A stretch of 52,611 nt of DNA from NCBI GenBank assembly GCA_030433295.1, contig JAUIMJ010000002.1, positions 1-52,611 of the forward strand, written 5' to 3'. Below are positions 1 through 11,061 of the stretch, one piece after another. Within the stretch, counting starts at the first letter, position 1. Every line of letters starts with the position of its first letter. Origin of the DNA: a bacterium. GTDB lineage: Bacteria > Bdellovibrionota_C > UBA2361 > SZUA-149. A model generated the notes under the pieces. That model was not told the DNA's origin. It searched no databases and saw only the letters and a list, made by a program, of their open reading frames with translations. Both the position numbers and the translations under genes were made by a program.

Positions 1-407
1 GTTGATAAGTCTGACAGAACATCAGCTATCGGCGACACATAATCTACGCTTAGCGTTCGACCTCCCGCGACAGGTTCTTTTCGGTAGTGCCACTTCGAAA
101 AGAAATCACGACCATCAAGCCACTCCATCAAAAGGAAGCACCAACCGCAAGTAAACCCGCTATCAACCAAGTTGGGGACGCGGAGAACCCGAAAGGACTT
201 CGAAGATAATGCGGGCAGGAGTTCGACCTGAACCTCAAAAGGATACGGGACAACATCTAAATCTTGCCTAAACAGCTTCAAGGCATACCGCTCGCTCCCC
301 CTGCTTACTTCATAAACAGCTCGCTGGGCCTTGCTCGTTATCAAACGCGTCGGCGTATAGTCGACTAGCTCAGGGGACGAAAGAACCTTTTCATGCTCAT
401 TACACAT
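1..407 (-). CDS. APH/kinase-like phosphotransferase, N-terminal part (runs off the window edge)
   Basis: Not in the ORF track. Manual translation from the ATG at 407 is open to base 1: MCNEHEKV...AVYEVSRGSERYALKLF...VPNLVDSG...LLMEWLDG, resembling a kinase N-lobe (ALK lysine, MEW-x-x-G hinge). Co-oriented directly downstream of the radical SAM gene. Confidence 0.6.
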   Translation of the reverse strand, partial: MCNEHEKVLSSPELVDYTPTRLITSKAQRAVYEVSRGSERYALKLFRQDLDVVPYPFEVQVELLPALSSKSFRVLRVPNLVDSGFTCGWCFLLMEWLDGRDFFSKWHYRKEPVAGGRTLSVDYVSPIADVLSDLS

Positions 408-449
408 CCGAGAGCCCAGTTAAATATACTCTACTCCTGAGAGTCGCAT

Positions 450-1871
450 TTACCTCGCCCGATCTAACGCCATAAGAGGCTGTTTCTGACCGGACTGGTC
501 CCTCACGATCAACTTAGCGCCTCCTAATTGTCCTGAGCGAATAAAATTACAACTGCGGCAGGTCACAGGAAGTGTACCTGAGGCAAAGGTGGATCGGAGC
601 TGCTGATATCCTTGTCCGCTCCAAATATCTGCAAAGCTTTTTTCTTTGACATTGCCGAGACTGGGAACTGAGCGAGATTGGCCGCAGGGTTTTACGGTCC
701 CATCAACTAAAATCATCGCGCGATCATACATAAGCCGACAGGCTCCCTCGACTTCGTTCGTCGGATGGAGTTGGTGATAGCAAGGCTTATGAGCATTGAG
801 AGCTTCTTTAGCTACACCATTCGCCGCTGGTAGATAAGGAGGAAGTTTTAGATCAATTCCCAGCTCAGCCGCTACTTGATAGGTCTCATCCAGGTAGCTG
901 TTCATCCGCTCAGGCTCTCTAGTCGGGTCTTGCTCTTGGGACCAAGGGAGATCTGGGAAGGGAACAACCCAGGCCGCCTGCAACTCTTGAGCGCCGTTCC
1001 GTTTGGCAAACTCAACCATGCGAGGCAACTCGTGAGCATTGCACCGCATGATGACGAAGCCAAAAATCAACTTAAAGCGCGGGAGTCTATGCTTATTTAT
1101 AAAAGCTAATGACTCAATAACTCTCGAAAACTTCGCCCGTTCGCGCACGTATTCATACGTTTTTGCGGTAGCGCCATCAATTGATACCGTCAATGTAGAA
1201 AAGGTTTCACCAATCAGACGTCCGATACTGTCATCAATGACACTCGCATTCGTGACGGTATTAAGTTTTACCTCGTTCTGCTGAAAGATTCGAATGATTT
1301 TCTCAATGTCAGGATTTAGGAAGGGCTCCCCTCCTCCGTGCATTTTTGTGTCAGAAATAAATGGCAGCGCTGGACGCAAACGTTCCATTACCTCCATCTC
1401 AATATGTTGAATTTTTCGAGTTCGACCTGGCCTGACAATCGAGCACATACGACACCGAAGATTACAGTACGTGCTCATTTCTACGTGTAAAAGTTTGGGA
1501 TAGCTTACTAACTCGAAGTGTTGTTTTCTGATATTGCGTCGAATGTGATAGCGATTTCGCTCCTTTAGTATATCTAGTTGACCTCGTTTTCTTAGCCATT
1601 CAATTACAAAGCTTCTTCGCAAAACTGAACTTTTATTGAATGCCGTCTGGTCAAGGAGATACCCCCTGGGGTTATGATACAGACCCAAAGCATGGTTCTT
1701 GAGTCGGATGAGAATTCGCCTTCCCTCGGCGAAGAAATAAGGGACAATTCGTTCCGGGTTATTGTAGGCCTTAGCGAAGCGCTCTGCGGTCCAGACTGAA
1801 ATCACGAATGCACTCCCAAGCTTAACAGAATATCGAAAAACAACCTCAAACCAGACCGTTTCCCGAATCAT
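450..1871 (-). CDS. Radical SAM protein with C-terminal SPASM/twitch-like domain
   Basis: CxxxCxxC motif (YCNLRCRMC), GGGEP, VTNA and SIDG motifs; C-terminal C-x17-C...CxxC (CRLMY...DGTVKPC...LGNVKEKSFADIW...CRSC). Start codon uncertain. Confidence 0.9.
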   Translation of the reverse strand: MIRETVWFEVVFRYSVKLGSAFVISVWTAERFAKAYNNPERIVPYFFAEGRRILIRLKNHALGLYHNPRGYLLDQTAFNKSSVLRRSFVIEWLRKRGQLDILKERNRYHIRRNIRKQHFELVSYPKLLHVEMSTYCNLRCRMCSIVRPGRTRKIQHIEMEVMERLRPALPFISDTKMHGGGEPFLNPDIEKIIRIFQQNEVKLNTVTNASVIDDSIGRLIGETFSTLTVSIDGATAKTYEYVRERAKFSRVIESLAFINKHRLPRFKLIFGFVIMRCNAHELPRMVEFAKRNGAQELQAAWVVPFPDLPWSQEQDPTREPERMNSYLDETYQVAAELGIDLKLPPYLPAANGVAKEALNAHKPCYHQLHPTNEVEGACRLMYDRAMILVDGTVKPCGQSRSVPSLGNVKEKSFADIWSGQGYQQLRSTFASGTLPVTCRSCNFIRSGQLGGAKLIVRDQSGQKQPLMALDRAR

Positions 1872-2189
1872 AAGGTTCAGGTTTGTTCAGGGAATGGCAG
1901 CAAGCAACTCACCGTAATAACAGTCCCCTACTGCTATTACGGTTTATTTCTACTAGTTCAGTTTTCGAATGTAAATTTCGCTTAGTCTGCCCTGGGGCCG
2001 CGAACAGAGCACTCCCCACCCCGCGGAGCCACAGCCCCCAACCTTGCTTTCAGCAGCATGAAGCTATAATATTCCCAGCAAAGATAGTCGGGAATTATCG
2101 TGCATTTTGGTGAAAAAGTTTTTTGCGGCCTGTGAATTACTCAAGCAAGTAGTTAAAATCGCTGTTTTTTCTTTTTTCGCCCCCCGGCC

Positions 2190-2218
2190 TTGACACCGGG
2201 CCATGCCGTGCTTAAAAG
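2190..2218 (+). promoter_or_regulatory. Putative sigma70 promoter for groES-groEL
   Basis: Perfect TTGACA at 2190-2195, 17-bp spacer, TAAAAG (4/6 match to TATAAT) at 2213-2218, about 145 nt upstream of groES. Confidence 0.4.
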
Positions 2219-2363
2219 AACTCTCGAACGAAGGGAGTTTTCGACAATTTTCGCTCAGAAAAAGAATGGCGCGTGAGGAACTGCATGGCTCCGGGAGCCG
2301 CTGAACGCGTAGGGTATTACTAACAACATCCATTTGGTGAAGTAACCAGAGGAGAAGGAAAAC

Positions 2364-2651
2364 ATGAGTTTACGTCCACTACACGACAGAATCCTCGTTG
2401 AAAGACTTGAAGAGGAATCTGTGAGCAAAGGCGGAATTATTATCCCAGATTCCGCTAAGGAAAAGCCGCAGAGAGGGAAAGTCGTCGCTGCCGGTAAAGG
2501 CAAGGTTTCAGAAGACGGCACCGTTCGTCCTCTCGACGTAAAAGCAGGCGATGTAGTGCTTTTCGGTAAGTATGCCGGCACTGAAGTCAAAATCGAAAAC
2601 GAAGACCGTCTCATCATGCGTGAAGACGACGTTCTTGCCGTTATCGAATAG
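2364..2651 (+). CDS. groES: Co-chaperonin GroES
   Basis: [23 protein letters not shown] and [18 protein letters not shown] signatures; AGGAG/AAGGA RBS upstream. Confidence 0.99.
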   Translation: MSLRPLHDRILVERLEEESVSKGGIIIPDSAKEKPQRGKVVAAGKGKVSEDGTVRPLDVKAGDVVLFGKYAGTEVKIENEDRLIMREDDVLAVIE

Positions 2652-2676
2652 TTGCTACGCAAGAGTAATAGACTGA

Positions 2677-4371
<1,695 letters not shown>

Positions 4372-4438
4372 TTTCCCCCTGAAACCCGCAGAGGTGCTGC
4401 TTCGCGGCAGCCCCTCTGCACCGCCTCATACGGCAGCT

Positions 4439-4473
4439 AAGCCCCGGTTGATTTCAGCCGGGGCTTTTTTTTT
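4439..4473 (+). terminator. Rho-independent terminator of groESL
   Basis: AAGCCCCGG...CCGGGGCTT stem followed by a 9-T run; a second hairpin lies at 4388-4419. Confidence 0.9.
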
Positions 4474-4480
4474 GCGCAGA

Positions 4481-5515
4481 CTATAGCTTTGCGATCCTCA
4501 GGCCGGGAAGATCAAAACCGGCTGAACAGTAGTGCACCGCTTTGTCCGGTGTGCCACCTGCCACTCCGTAGCTCAGGGATTTCCCCTCGTAGGCCAGCAA
4601 GGCGTGCTGATGACGCTCCGGATCGCGCAGGGCCTCGTCGATGCGTCGAAAGAGAAGCAATGAATCGCTAATTGCATCCTCAAGTAATTCATCAACCGTC
4701 TTTTCACAGCCCTCACCGGTAATCGGATTTTTAAACAAAAGAGGGGAGTCAAAAATACTGGCCTTTTGCGTTCGCCCCCTGGAGAAAAGAACTTCAAGCG
4801 GCGCAAGCTGGGGACGTAGGTAGAGCAAGCCTTTAGCCAGCGCACCCCATGCGGGTGAGAGAAACAGGCGCTGTAGTTTGCTAAAGTGAGAGAAGCTTCG
4901 ATCCCAGGTCATCTCGCTGCTCGCTCCGGAGGCCACGTAGGCTGCCGGACTGAAATGCCGATCGAGAAATTCACATACGCGGGCGAAGTCAGAGCGCAGT
5001 CCCGAGATATCCACGGCGATCAGGTTCCTGTTCTTAAAATCGCGCTTTCCTGAATAATAACTGTCCAGATAGGTTTCAAAAAGCCGATGCCGACGGCGCG
5101 CCTCTTCTCGTTTCTCCGGGTCTTCGTGGTAGTAGTTGCCCGTGAAGTAATTTACGACAGGATGAAAAACCACATCGCACGCATAGTGGGTAAGCATCCC
5201 GAGCATGAAACTCATCAGGCAGCCGCGCAGATGTTCATCCGGTACCTGACTGGCTGCCAGTATGGCCTCTGCCATAGGAGCAAAGGTATTCTGTCCGCTA
5301 CGGCCGTGCAGCACTTCAGACACCTTCTCAAAAGGCGTGCCCCCCATACGGTAATAATAGGGGGCATCGTGAGCAACAGAGCCAAGCAAAAGGGCGTGGG
5401 GAAACTTCCGACAATAGTCTAAGAGCTGCGACATCTGCGGCCCACCGGGGACATCCCCCTCAAGCCGCTGTGCGACATCATGCGCAACAGACCAATGAAC
5501 TATCTCTCTCGGCAC
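4481..5515 (-). CDS. Zinc-dependent phospholipase C family protein
   Basis: N-terminal MPxxxxH, LLGSVAHD, THYACDVVFHP and HRLFETYLD metal-ligand pattern typical of Zn_dep_PLPC. Confidence 0.8.
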   Translation of the reverse strand: MPREIVHWSVAHDVAQRLEGDVPGGPQMSQLLDYCRKFPHALLLGSVAHDAPYYYRMGGTPFEKVSEVLHGRSGQNTFAPMAEAILAASQVPDEHLRGCLMSFMLGMLTHYACDVVFHPVVNYFTGNYYHEDPEKREEARRRHRLFETYLDSYYSGKRDFKNRNLIAVDISGLRSDFARVCEFLDRHFSPAAYVASGASSEMTWDRSFSHFSKLQRLFLSPAWGALAKGLLYLRPQLAPLEVLFSRGRTQKASIFDSPLLFKNPITGEGCEKTVDELLEDAISDSLLLFRRIDEALRDPERHQHALLAYEGKSLSYGVAGGTPDKAVHYCSAGFDLPGLRIAKL

Positions 5516-5554
5516 CTTCTCTACCCTCTACGACTCTCTCAATCTGCTCTGTTC

Positions 5555-6391
5555 TTACGCGGACTCCGATCCGCGCCTACACAAAAAGGAAGTTATCTCG
5601 TCAATAACGTAGTCACGACGCAGGCCCATGGCCAGGGCGTGGTTTCCTCCCGGAACCCAGCGCGAAACCACCGTCGTATTGCTGCAGTACTTTCTCAATA
5701 TAAAAGGTACTCGTCCTGAGACATGGTGATCTTGAGGATCCTGCAGATAAAAAATCGGACAGCGAACTTTCCAGAGTTTTGCGAGCAGCTGCCTGCGAAT
5801 CTTAAGCATTCTCGCATTGGCGCCAAGCGAATGCTTCCTAAAGGCTCTTCGCTCTTTGGCAAAGGCCGTTTCGTCCTGAGGCGTTTTCTTTTTCACAAAG
5901 CCAAGTGTATCGAGCAGCGACTCCGGCAGATATGACAGCGTTCCAAGAACCCATTCGCGCAGGCTGGATGAAAGAAGCAGCGGAACCGCCATTGCTACAA
6001 TTTTATCACCGTCTTTCATTTCGGTTTCCACTGCGGCATGCAAGGCCAGGAGACCACCAAAGGACTGACCGACCATGAAGACATTCTCATAACCGCTCTT
6101 AAGCAGATAGGTTCGAGATGAGACAGCATCCTCAAGCCAATCTGAGGTCGGCGTCAGGCGAAGCTCTTCGAGGGTCTCTCCATGCCCACTGAGGCAGGGA
6201 ACGAAAACATCAAAGCCCTCTTTCTGCAGAACAAGAGCAACCTCCTCTAACTCATACGGTGAAGACGTCATACCATGAATCAAAAGCGCCGCTTTGGAAG
6301 CAGGCGACTCCGAGCGTAAAATCCGGCTCTGCGGCCTCCCGAGGGCCGCTGGCAGTGTGCTGTCTTTCGATGTCGCTTGTGAATCTTCCAT
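5555..6391 (-). CDS. Alpha/beta-hydrolase (carboxylesterase/lipase)
   Basis: LLIHG, LSGHG, nucleophile elbow GQSFGG, C-terminal Asp and His (QDHHV...GGNH). Likely start at 6391; the ORF extends to 6502. Confidence 0.88.
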   Translation of the reverse strand: MEDSQATSKDSTLPAALGRPQSRILRSESPASKAALLIHGMTSSPYELEEVALVLQKEGFDVFVPCLSGHGETLEELRLTPTSDWLEDAVSSRTYLLKSGYENVFMVGQSFGGLLALHAAVETEMKDGDKIVAMAVPLLLSSSLREWVLGTLSYLPESLLDTLGFVKKKTPQDETAFAKERRAFRKHSLGANARMLKIRRQLLAKLWKVRCPIFYLQDPQDHHVSGRVPFILRKYCSNTTVVSRWVPGGNHALAMGLRRDYVIDEITSFLCRRGSESA

Positions 6392-6550
6392 TGTATCTCT
6401 AGGATCTGTATCTCTACGATCGCCGCATAATGCGCACGGATATAAAAAACCTAGAGTAGACGTAAGAGAAAAGGTAACAATCCAAAACGACTTCTCTATC
6501 ATCTATAAAAAGCATGTGCGCAAATCCATTCGGTATCACATCATAGAGTC

Positions 6551-7321
6551 ATGTCTAAAAGAAGAAGGAAAGACAAAAAGGCAAGAGAAGCAGCGCTGAA
6601 GGAGAAGAATCCCTTCAGTCTGTGGTTCCTTTTTGCCATTCCGAGCAATTTTCTGCTGGGCTGTGCCTGCATCATTGCGCTTATCGGACTTCAGGAGTTC
6701 GCCGTTCTTCGCTCACAGACCCTGACCTGTTTCGGAACAGGAGTTCTGGGCAGTCTGATTATCATCGGCACCACTAAAATGCATAAGCTCCGGACCTTCA
6801 TTCATGAGCTCAAGCATGCATTTGTCGTGGTGTTTACCGGAAACAAGGTCAAAGACTTTCATTTCGATACCCATACGGGACATGTCTCCTTCACCATGTG
6901 CTCTACCAAGGTTCACTTCGCACCGCTCATCACCCTTGCACCCTATTTTTTCCCGATGTTTTCTCTCCCGCTCCTGATAATCTGCATACTCTGCGATCAG
7001 CTCTACATCTACCCCCTGTCATTTGCTCTGGGTTTTGCTTTGGCTGCTGACATATCCATGGGGTTTACCGAACTGCATCCCCATCAGTCCGATCTGCACA
7101 GAGTACCCGGCGGCTTTATCTTTGCCCTGCTCTACCTCAGTGGCTTTCATTTGTTGTGGACTGCCTTCGTGCTGATCTGGGTGTTTGCCGGACGCAATGG
7201 ATACGTCTACACGGGATACCTGATGCTGGAATTTGTTGAACTGCTCGCACAGAGACTGGAGCCAATGCTGGCCTTATACCTCGACCAAAGGTGCCTGGAA
7301 AAGGCTGGTACCAAGGTGTAA
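6551..7321 (+). CDS. M50B-like intramembrane metallopeptidase
   Basis: Multi-TM protein with TFIHELKHA (HExxH), LAPYFFP and a downstream SDL motif. Confidence 0.7.
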   Translation: MSKRRRKDKKAREAALKEKNPFSLWFLFAIPSNFLLGCACIIALIGLQEFAVLRSQTLTCFGTGVLGSLIIIGTTKMHKLRTFIHELKHAFVVVFTGNKVKDFHFDTHTGHVSFTMCSTKVHFAPLITLAPYFFPMFSLPLLIICILCDQLYIYPLSFALGFALAADISMGFTELHPHQSDLHRVPGGFIFALLYLSGFHLLWTAFVLIWVFAGRNGYVYTGYLMLEFVELLAQRLEPMLALYLDQRCLEKAGTKV

Positions 7322-7341
7322 TCCGGGAAATAAGTAGCGGT

Positions 7342-7887
7342 CTAGAAAGAGACGAGGTGATCGCTGTCATCGACGACGGCGGGCGCTTGCTCATCTATAG
7401 GATTCTCTTCGGCTGCATCACTGTCTGTTCCGTCGACCCAATCGCGCAAGCCCTGTCCGGCTTCTGCAGAAAGCTCATCGACACCCTCGTTGAGATAATC
7501 AATAAAGCTGGCAAACCAACCTTTTTCTTTTTTTACTTTCACCGGCTTCTTTGCAGAGAGCTGAGCACGCTGACCTTCCCGCGGTATGCGAATGTCCCCG
7601 GTATCTATCGCCTCAGTAACGATACCCTTTCCCTTTGCAATTTTTACATCGATACTCGTCTTTACCTTGTTCGCCATGGGAGCAGCACCGGAAAATACGC
7701 CAACGACGGACTGATAGCCCGTATAGAGCAACCAGATAAGAAGAAAACCCAAAAGATAACTCATAAAATCGGGCAGCTCAGGAAGTATCTTGGTACCTTC
7801 GTAGCTCAGACCACGCTGCTCGAGAAGTTTCTTTGGGCTTCCACCTCTATTGATTGAGTTCTGTTCCATAGCCGTATAATACTGCAC
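7342..7887 (-). CDS. Hypothetical single-pass membrane protein
   Basis: 181-aa ORF with one hydrophobic segment and an acidic C-terminus; fills the gap between neighbouring genes. Confidence 0.55.
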   Translation of the reverse strand: MQYYTAMEQNSINRGGSPKKLLEQRGLSYEGTKILPELPDFMSYLLGFLLIWLLYTGYQSVVGVFSGAAPMANKVKTSIDVKIAKGKGIVTEAIDTGDIRIPREGQRAQLSAKKPVKVKKEKGWFASFIDYLNEGVDELSAEAGQGLRDWVDGTDSDAAEENPIDEQAPAVVDDSDHLVSF

Positions 7888-8079
7888 AAATCTGCTTTAG
7901 TACCTTGTGGTACGCCCCCCAAACGGGAAAAAGCGATACCTCTGTTGAATAGATATTAGAACCTCCTTTCTGCTCTGATGCAGGAAGGAACCGACTAAAC
8001 TACAGCGGTTTTAGCTTACATCATTGTTATGCATCATTGTTAACAAAGGATAACCTTAGGCAGAGCGTAAATTATATCG

Positions 8080-8096
8080 TTATTTTAGGCACTTAG
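8080..8096 (+). promoter_or_regulatory. Recurring intergenic motif TTATTTTAGGCACTTAG (IHF-like), copy 1
   Basis: 17/17 identical to 48167-48183; variants at 18008, 31494 and 39520. Confidence 0.55.
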
Positions 8097-8174
8097 CGAA
8101 GAAGTAAAAAACGGATATCCCGAGAGTCGGCACGAGTGCTGCCTACCCGGGCACATGCTTTTAGAATCATCACC

Positions 8175-9227
8175 ATGAGAAGTATCAACACCGAAGTAAA
8201 AGACGGGGCACAATCAGACCCTGATAGCCCAGAATCTCCGCAAGGCGGGACCGTCCCCGACGGGGGCTCAGCGATTCTTGGTCGCGCTCTTGCCGCACTC
8301 ATCGATTACGTACTGCTCCAGGCAATCATGTTCGCCTGCACACAGCGTTTTCCCGACTCCGACCTGGCGTACTACTTCGCATTAATGCTGGGGGCGATTT
8401 ACCTGGTGGCCGGCAACAGTTGTGTGATGCGAGGTCAAACGCTTGGAAAAAAGGTTTTCGGTCTTCGCGTCCTGTCCCTTCCTTTCGAGGATGAGTCGCC
8501 GTATCTCAGCCTGAGTCGTTCCTTCTATCGATACCTCGGCCTCTACGGCGGCATGGTATTGCTCAAAGAAGTCCCGAGCCTGTTGTTTCGCGCCTACGGT
8601 GTTGTCGCTCCCATATACCTTTTAGACTCCTACATGCTCCCTGCATTGATGTACCCCATTGCCCTGTTTCTCTCCGTTCTGATCCATCCATGGCAAAGAG
8701 GTCTGCACGATGGCCTGGCATCCAGTATTGTCGTTCGCTCTTCAATAGAACCTCCGGCAGGCTTTCAGGATGAACACTACGGCCTTGGTTTAAAAAAGAG
8801 TCTTATCATCGGTGCAATTGCCGGTATTCTCGGCAGTATCTTTTGGACTCTCAGCGTAGTGCATCCGCCTCAGATACGCGCGCTGTATGAGCATCGTTTT
8901 GCCCTTGAGCAGCAGTTTCCCGTGCGCATGTATCGGGCCGATCTCGAAGCCGATGGGGCCCATCTTCATTTGATTCTCATCGGTGAACAGGATGGAAAAA
9001 AGCTCGCTACTGCAATTGCAGAGTATGCAGCACCGATTATTTCACCGATCATTTCTCCGAATGCCTTTTCTCAAGCTACGAGCGAGGAAAATGTGCTATT
9101 ATTGAGTTTCTACCGTCAGAACGCGGTGTCCGAGGAAGGAAAGGAAACGCAGGAGGCCATGAGTCAGCGCTTTCGCTACAGCTTTGCAAACAATACACTC
9201 GAAGAAGTGATTGAAACTGACCAGTAA
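8175..9227 (+). CDS. RDD family membrane protein with C-terminal soluble domain
   Basis: RALAALID, GQTLGKKVFGLRV and QRGLHDGLASSIVV RDD motifs. The ORF could start at 8136. Confidence 0.85.
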   Translation: MRSINTEVKDGAQSDPDSPESPQGGTVPDGGSAILGRALAALIDYVLLQAIMFACTQRFPDSDLAYYFALMLGAIYLVAGNSCVMRGQTLGKKVFGLRVLSLPFEDESPYLSLSRSFYRYLGLYGGMVLLKEVPSLLFRAYGVVAPIYLLDSYMLPALMYPIALFLSVLIHPWQRGLHDGLASSIVVRSSIEPPAGFQDEHYGLGLKKSLIIGAIAGILGSIFWTLSVVHPPQIRALYEHRFALEQQFPVRMYRADLEADGAHLHLILIGEQDGKKLATAIAEYAAPIISPIISPNAFSQATSEENVLLLSFYRQNAVSEEGKETQEAMSQRFRYSFANNTLEEVIETDQ

Positions 9228-9243
9228 ATAGGAAGCTCGCCGC

Positions 9244-10074
9244 ATGGCTGTAATTCTCACCGTTACTCCCGACGCATCGGCTCAGGAAAAGATTGAGCCA
9301 ATTGCCCTCGAGTACAACTTCAGACAGAAACATGTCGCGTCTATTGAAGCTGCAGAAGAATGGCTGGGGCTACAGACATTTGATGTAATCCTGGTTGACT
9401 CCAGGTTTGGAGAGTCAGAAGCAGTCGAACTCCTTGGAAAAGCCTGGAACAAAAATCCCTTTATTCTCGGAATCGTTTTTAATCTCGAAGAAAAAGTTCG
9501 AGACATCTGGGCAGCGGTTTTGCAGGGCGCAAAAATATTCTCCGGCGAAACTGCTCTTGCCGATCTGCGAAAGTGCCTGCAAACACTTCCAAAGGAAATT
9601 CAGCTCGGCACCCAGACTGAGATGGCAATTCTGATTGTGGAGGATCTCGATGCACCACGGGATATCATCTGCGCCTACGTCGAATCGATGGGATATCCTC
9701 GTGTCGACGGTGTAAGTTCCGCAGATGAATGTCTCGCTCGTTTGTCGGAGCGCCCGAATTACTACTTCTGCGTCATCAGTGATTTATTCATGCCGAAGAT
9801 GAACGGAATGCAGCTCATTCAGGAAATTCGATGTAATGAGGAAACTGCGGGTCTTCCGGTGCTCGTCCTGACTTCTGCTCCGACAACCGACAATCTGCTG
9901 GATTGCGTAAAAGCAGGGGCCACGGGTTTCCTCGCCAAGCCACTCAACAAAAAAATTCTGAAAGCAGAACTGGAGAAGGCAAAAAGAATTCGCCTATCCC
10001 GTCAGCCAGCACGTCTTTGCGCTCCTGAAGACGCACATCTGCTGGAAGACGCACTGCTTAAATTAGCCCGCTAA
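9244..10074 (+). CDS. Response regulator with tandem receiver domains and no output domain
   Basis: C-terminal receiver is canonical (ILIVED, ISDLFMPKMNG, LTS, FLAKP); N-terminal receiver is degenerate (FDVILVD, no KP). Confidence 0.85.
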   Translation: MAVILTVTPDASAQEKIEPIALEYNFRQKHVASIEAAEEWLGLQTFDVILVDSRFGESEAVELLGKAWNKNPFILGIVFNLEEKVRDIWAAVLQGAKIFSGETALADLRKCLQTLPKEIQLGTQTEMAILIVEDLDAPRDIICAYVESMGYPRVDGVSSADECLARLSERPNYYFCVISDLFMPKMNGMQLIQEIRCNEETAGLPVLVLTSAPTTDNLLDCVKAGATGFLAKPLNKKILKAELEKAKRIRLSRQPARLCAPEDAHLLEDALLKLAR

Positions 10075-10100
10075 AACTTCTAACAGCACTAGAAAAGCAA

Positions 10101-10841
10101 ATGAATATCATAAAATCTGTCTATGCAATTTTACAGGGCCTGCTCATCTGCCTGACTCGTCCCCAGGTAAGAAAACTCGCCATGGTGCCCTGGCTCGTAG
10201 GTGTCTTCTGCTATATGGGTTCGGTATATCTCGCCTATGTGTACCATGCGGATATTTTGGCTCAGATGGTGGATTCACCGGACGCCTGGTATTCCTACAT
10301 TTTATATGGCCTCGCGTGGATAGCGGTTACTGCAATACTCGCGGTTGCCACCCTGTTTGTCACGATGATGATGGTACTCATCCTTACGAGTGCCTTTCAG
10401 ACCGCAATTGCGACTGCCGTGTTGCGTGAACTCAATGAAGAAACACCAGAGGAGGAACAGGGATTTGCGGCTCTGATGCGCGAGACTCGGAGGACTATTT
10501 TTGTTGAGATCGCAAAACTCTTCTGGCTGGTGCCCCTCTTCATCATCCTGTTTTTTGTCGGATTCGTTCCCCTGCTCACACCTATCGCCTTTTTGCTCGG
10601 GTCCTGGCTTCTTGCGTATCAGTTCGTTGATATCGTGCTTGATGTGTACAAGTTGAAGTCCGGCAAGCGTCTTGGTTTTGCCATGAAAAACGCCGTGCCG
10701 GTCACCGTTTTCGGAGCTTCGCTCAGCCTCTGCTGGACAATTCCCTTCCTCGGTTTCCTCCTGCCGCCCGCTGCTGTTGCCGGAGCTGCCTGGCTCATGA
10801 GCGACACCGCTCTGCTTAAAACTTTGGAACACAAGGAATAA
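10101..10841 (+). CDS. EI24/CysZ-like membrane protein
   Basis: Pattern G-L-xx-L-xx-P-x-V-R-K-L-A-M-V-P, then TM hairpins, FVPLL...SWLLAYQFVD and a terminal IPFLGFLLPPAAVAGA. Confidence 0.75.
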   Translation: MNIIKSVYAILQGLLICLTRPQVRKLAMVPWLVGVFCYMGSVYLAYVYHADILAQMVDSPDAWYSYILYGLAWIAVTAILAVATLFVTMMMVLILTSAFQTAIATAVLRELNEETPEEEQGFAALMRETRRTIFVEIAKLFWLVPLFIILFFVGFVPLLTPIAFLLGSWLLAYQFVDIVLDVYKLKSGKRLGFAMKNAVPVTVFGASLSLCWTIPFLGFLLPPAAVAGAAWLMSDTALLKTLEHKE

Positions 10842-10889
10842 ACTCGTAACTTCAGTTACTTAGCCCCCAAGGGCACAGAGACTGAAAAA

Positions 10890-10917
10890 TCAAGTGAAGT
10901 CCGCAATCTGCCGATAC
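10890..10917 (+). promoter_or_regulatory. Putative sigma28 (FliA)-type promoter
   Basis: TCAAG-N15-GCCGATAC upstream of the 11062 gene. Confidence 0.5.
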
Positions 10918-11061
10918 TTATAGAGAATTGTTTTCCGAAGCGGGAATTGCGACGCCGCCCGGAAAACGAGAATTCAAGGGAAAACGAGAGTGCCCGCGTA
11001 CTTTCAGTTTCCGACGATTGCTCTATTTGCGTATTTGAACCAAGAGAAAAAAGCGGCCGGC

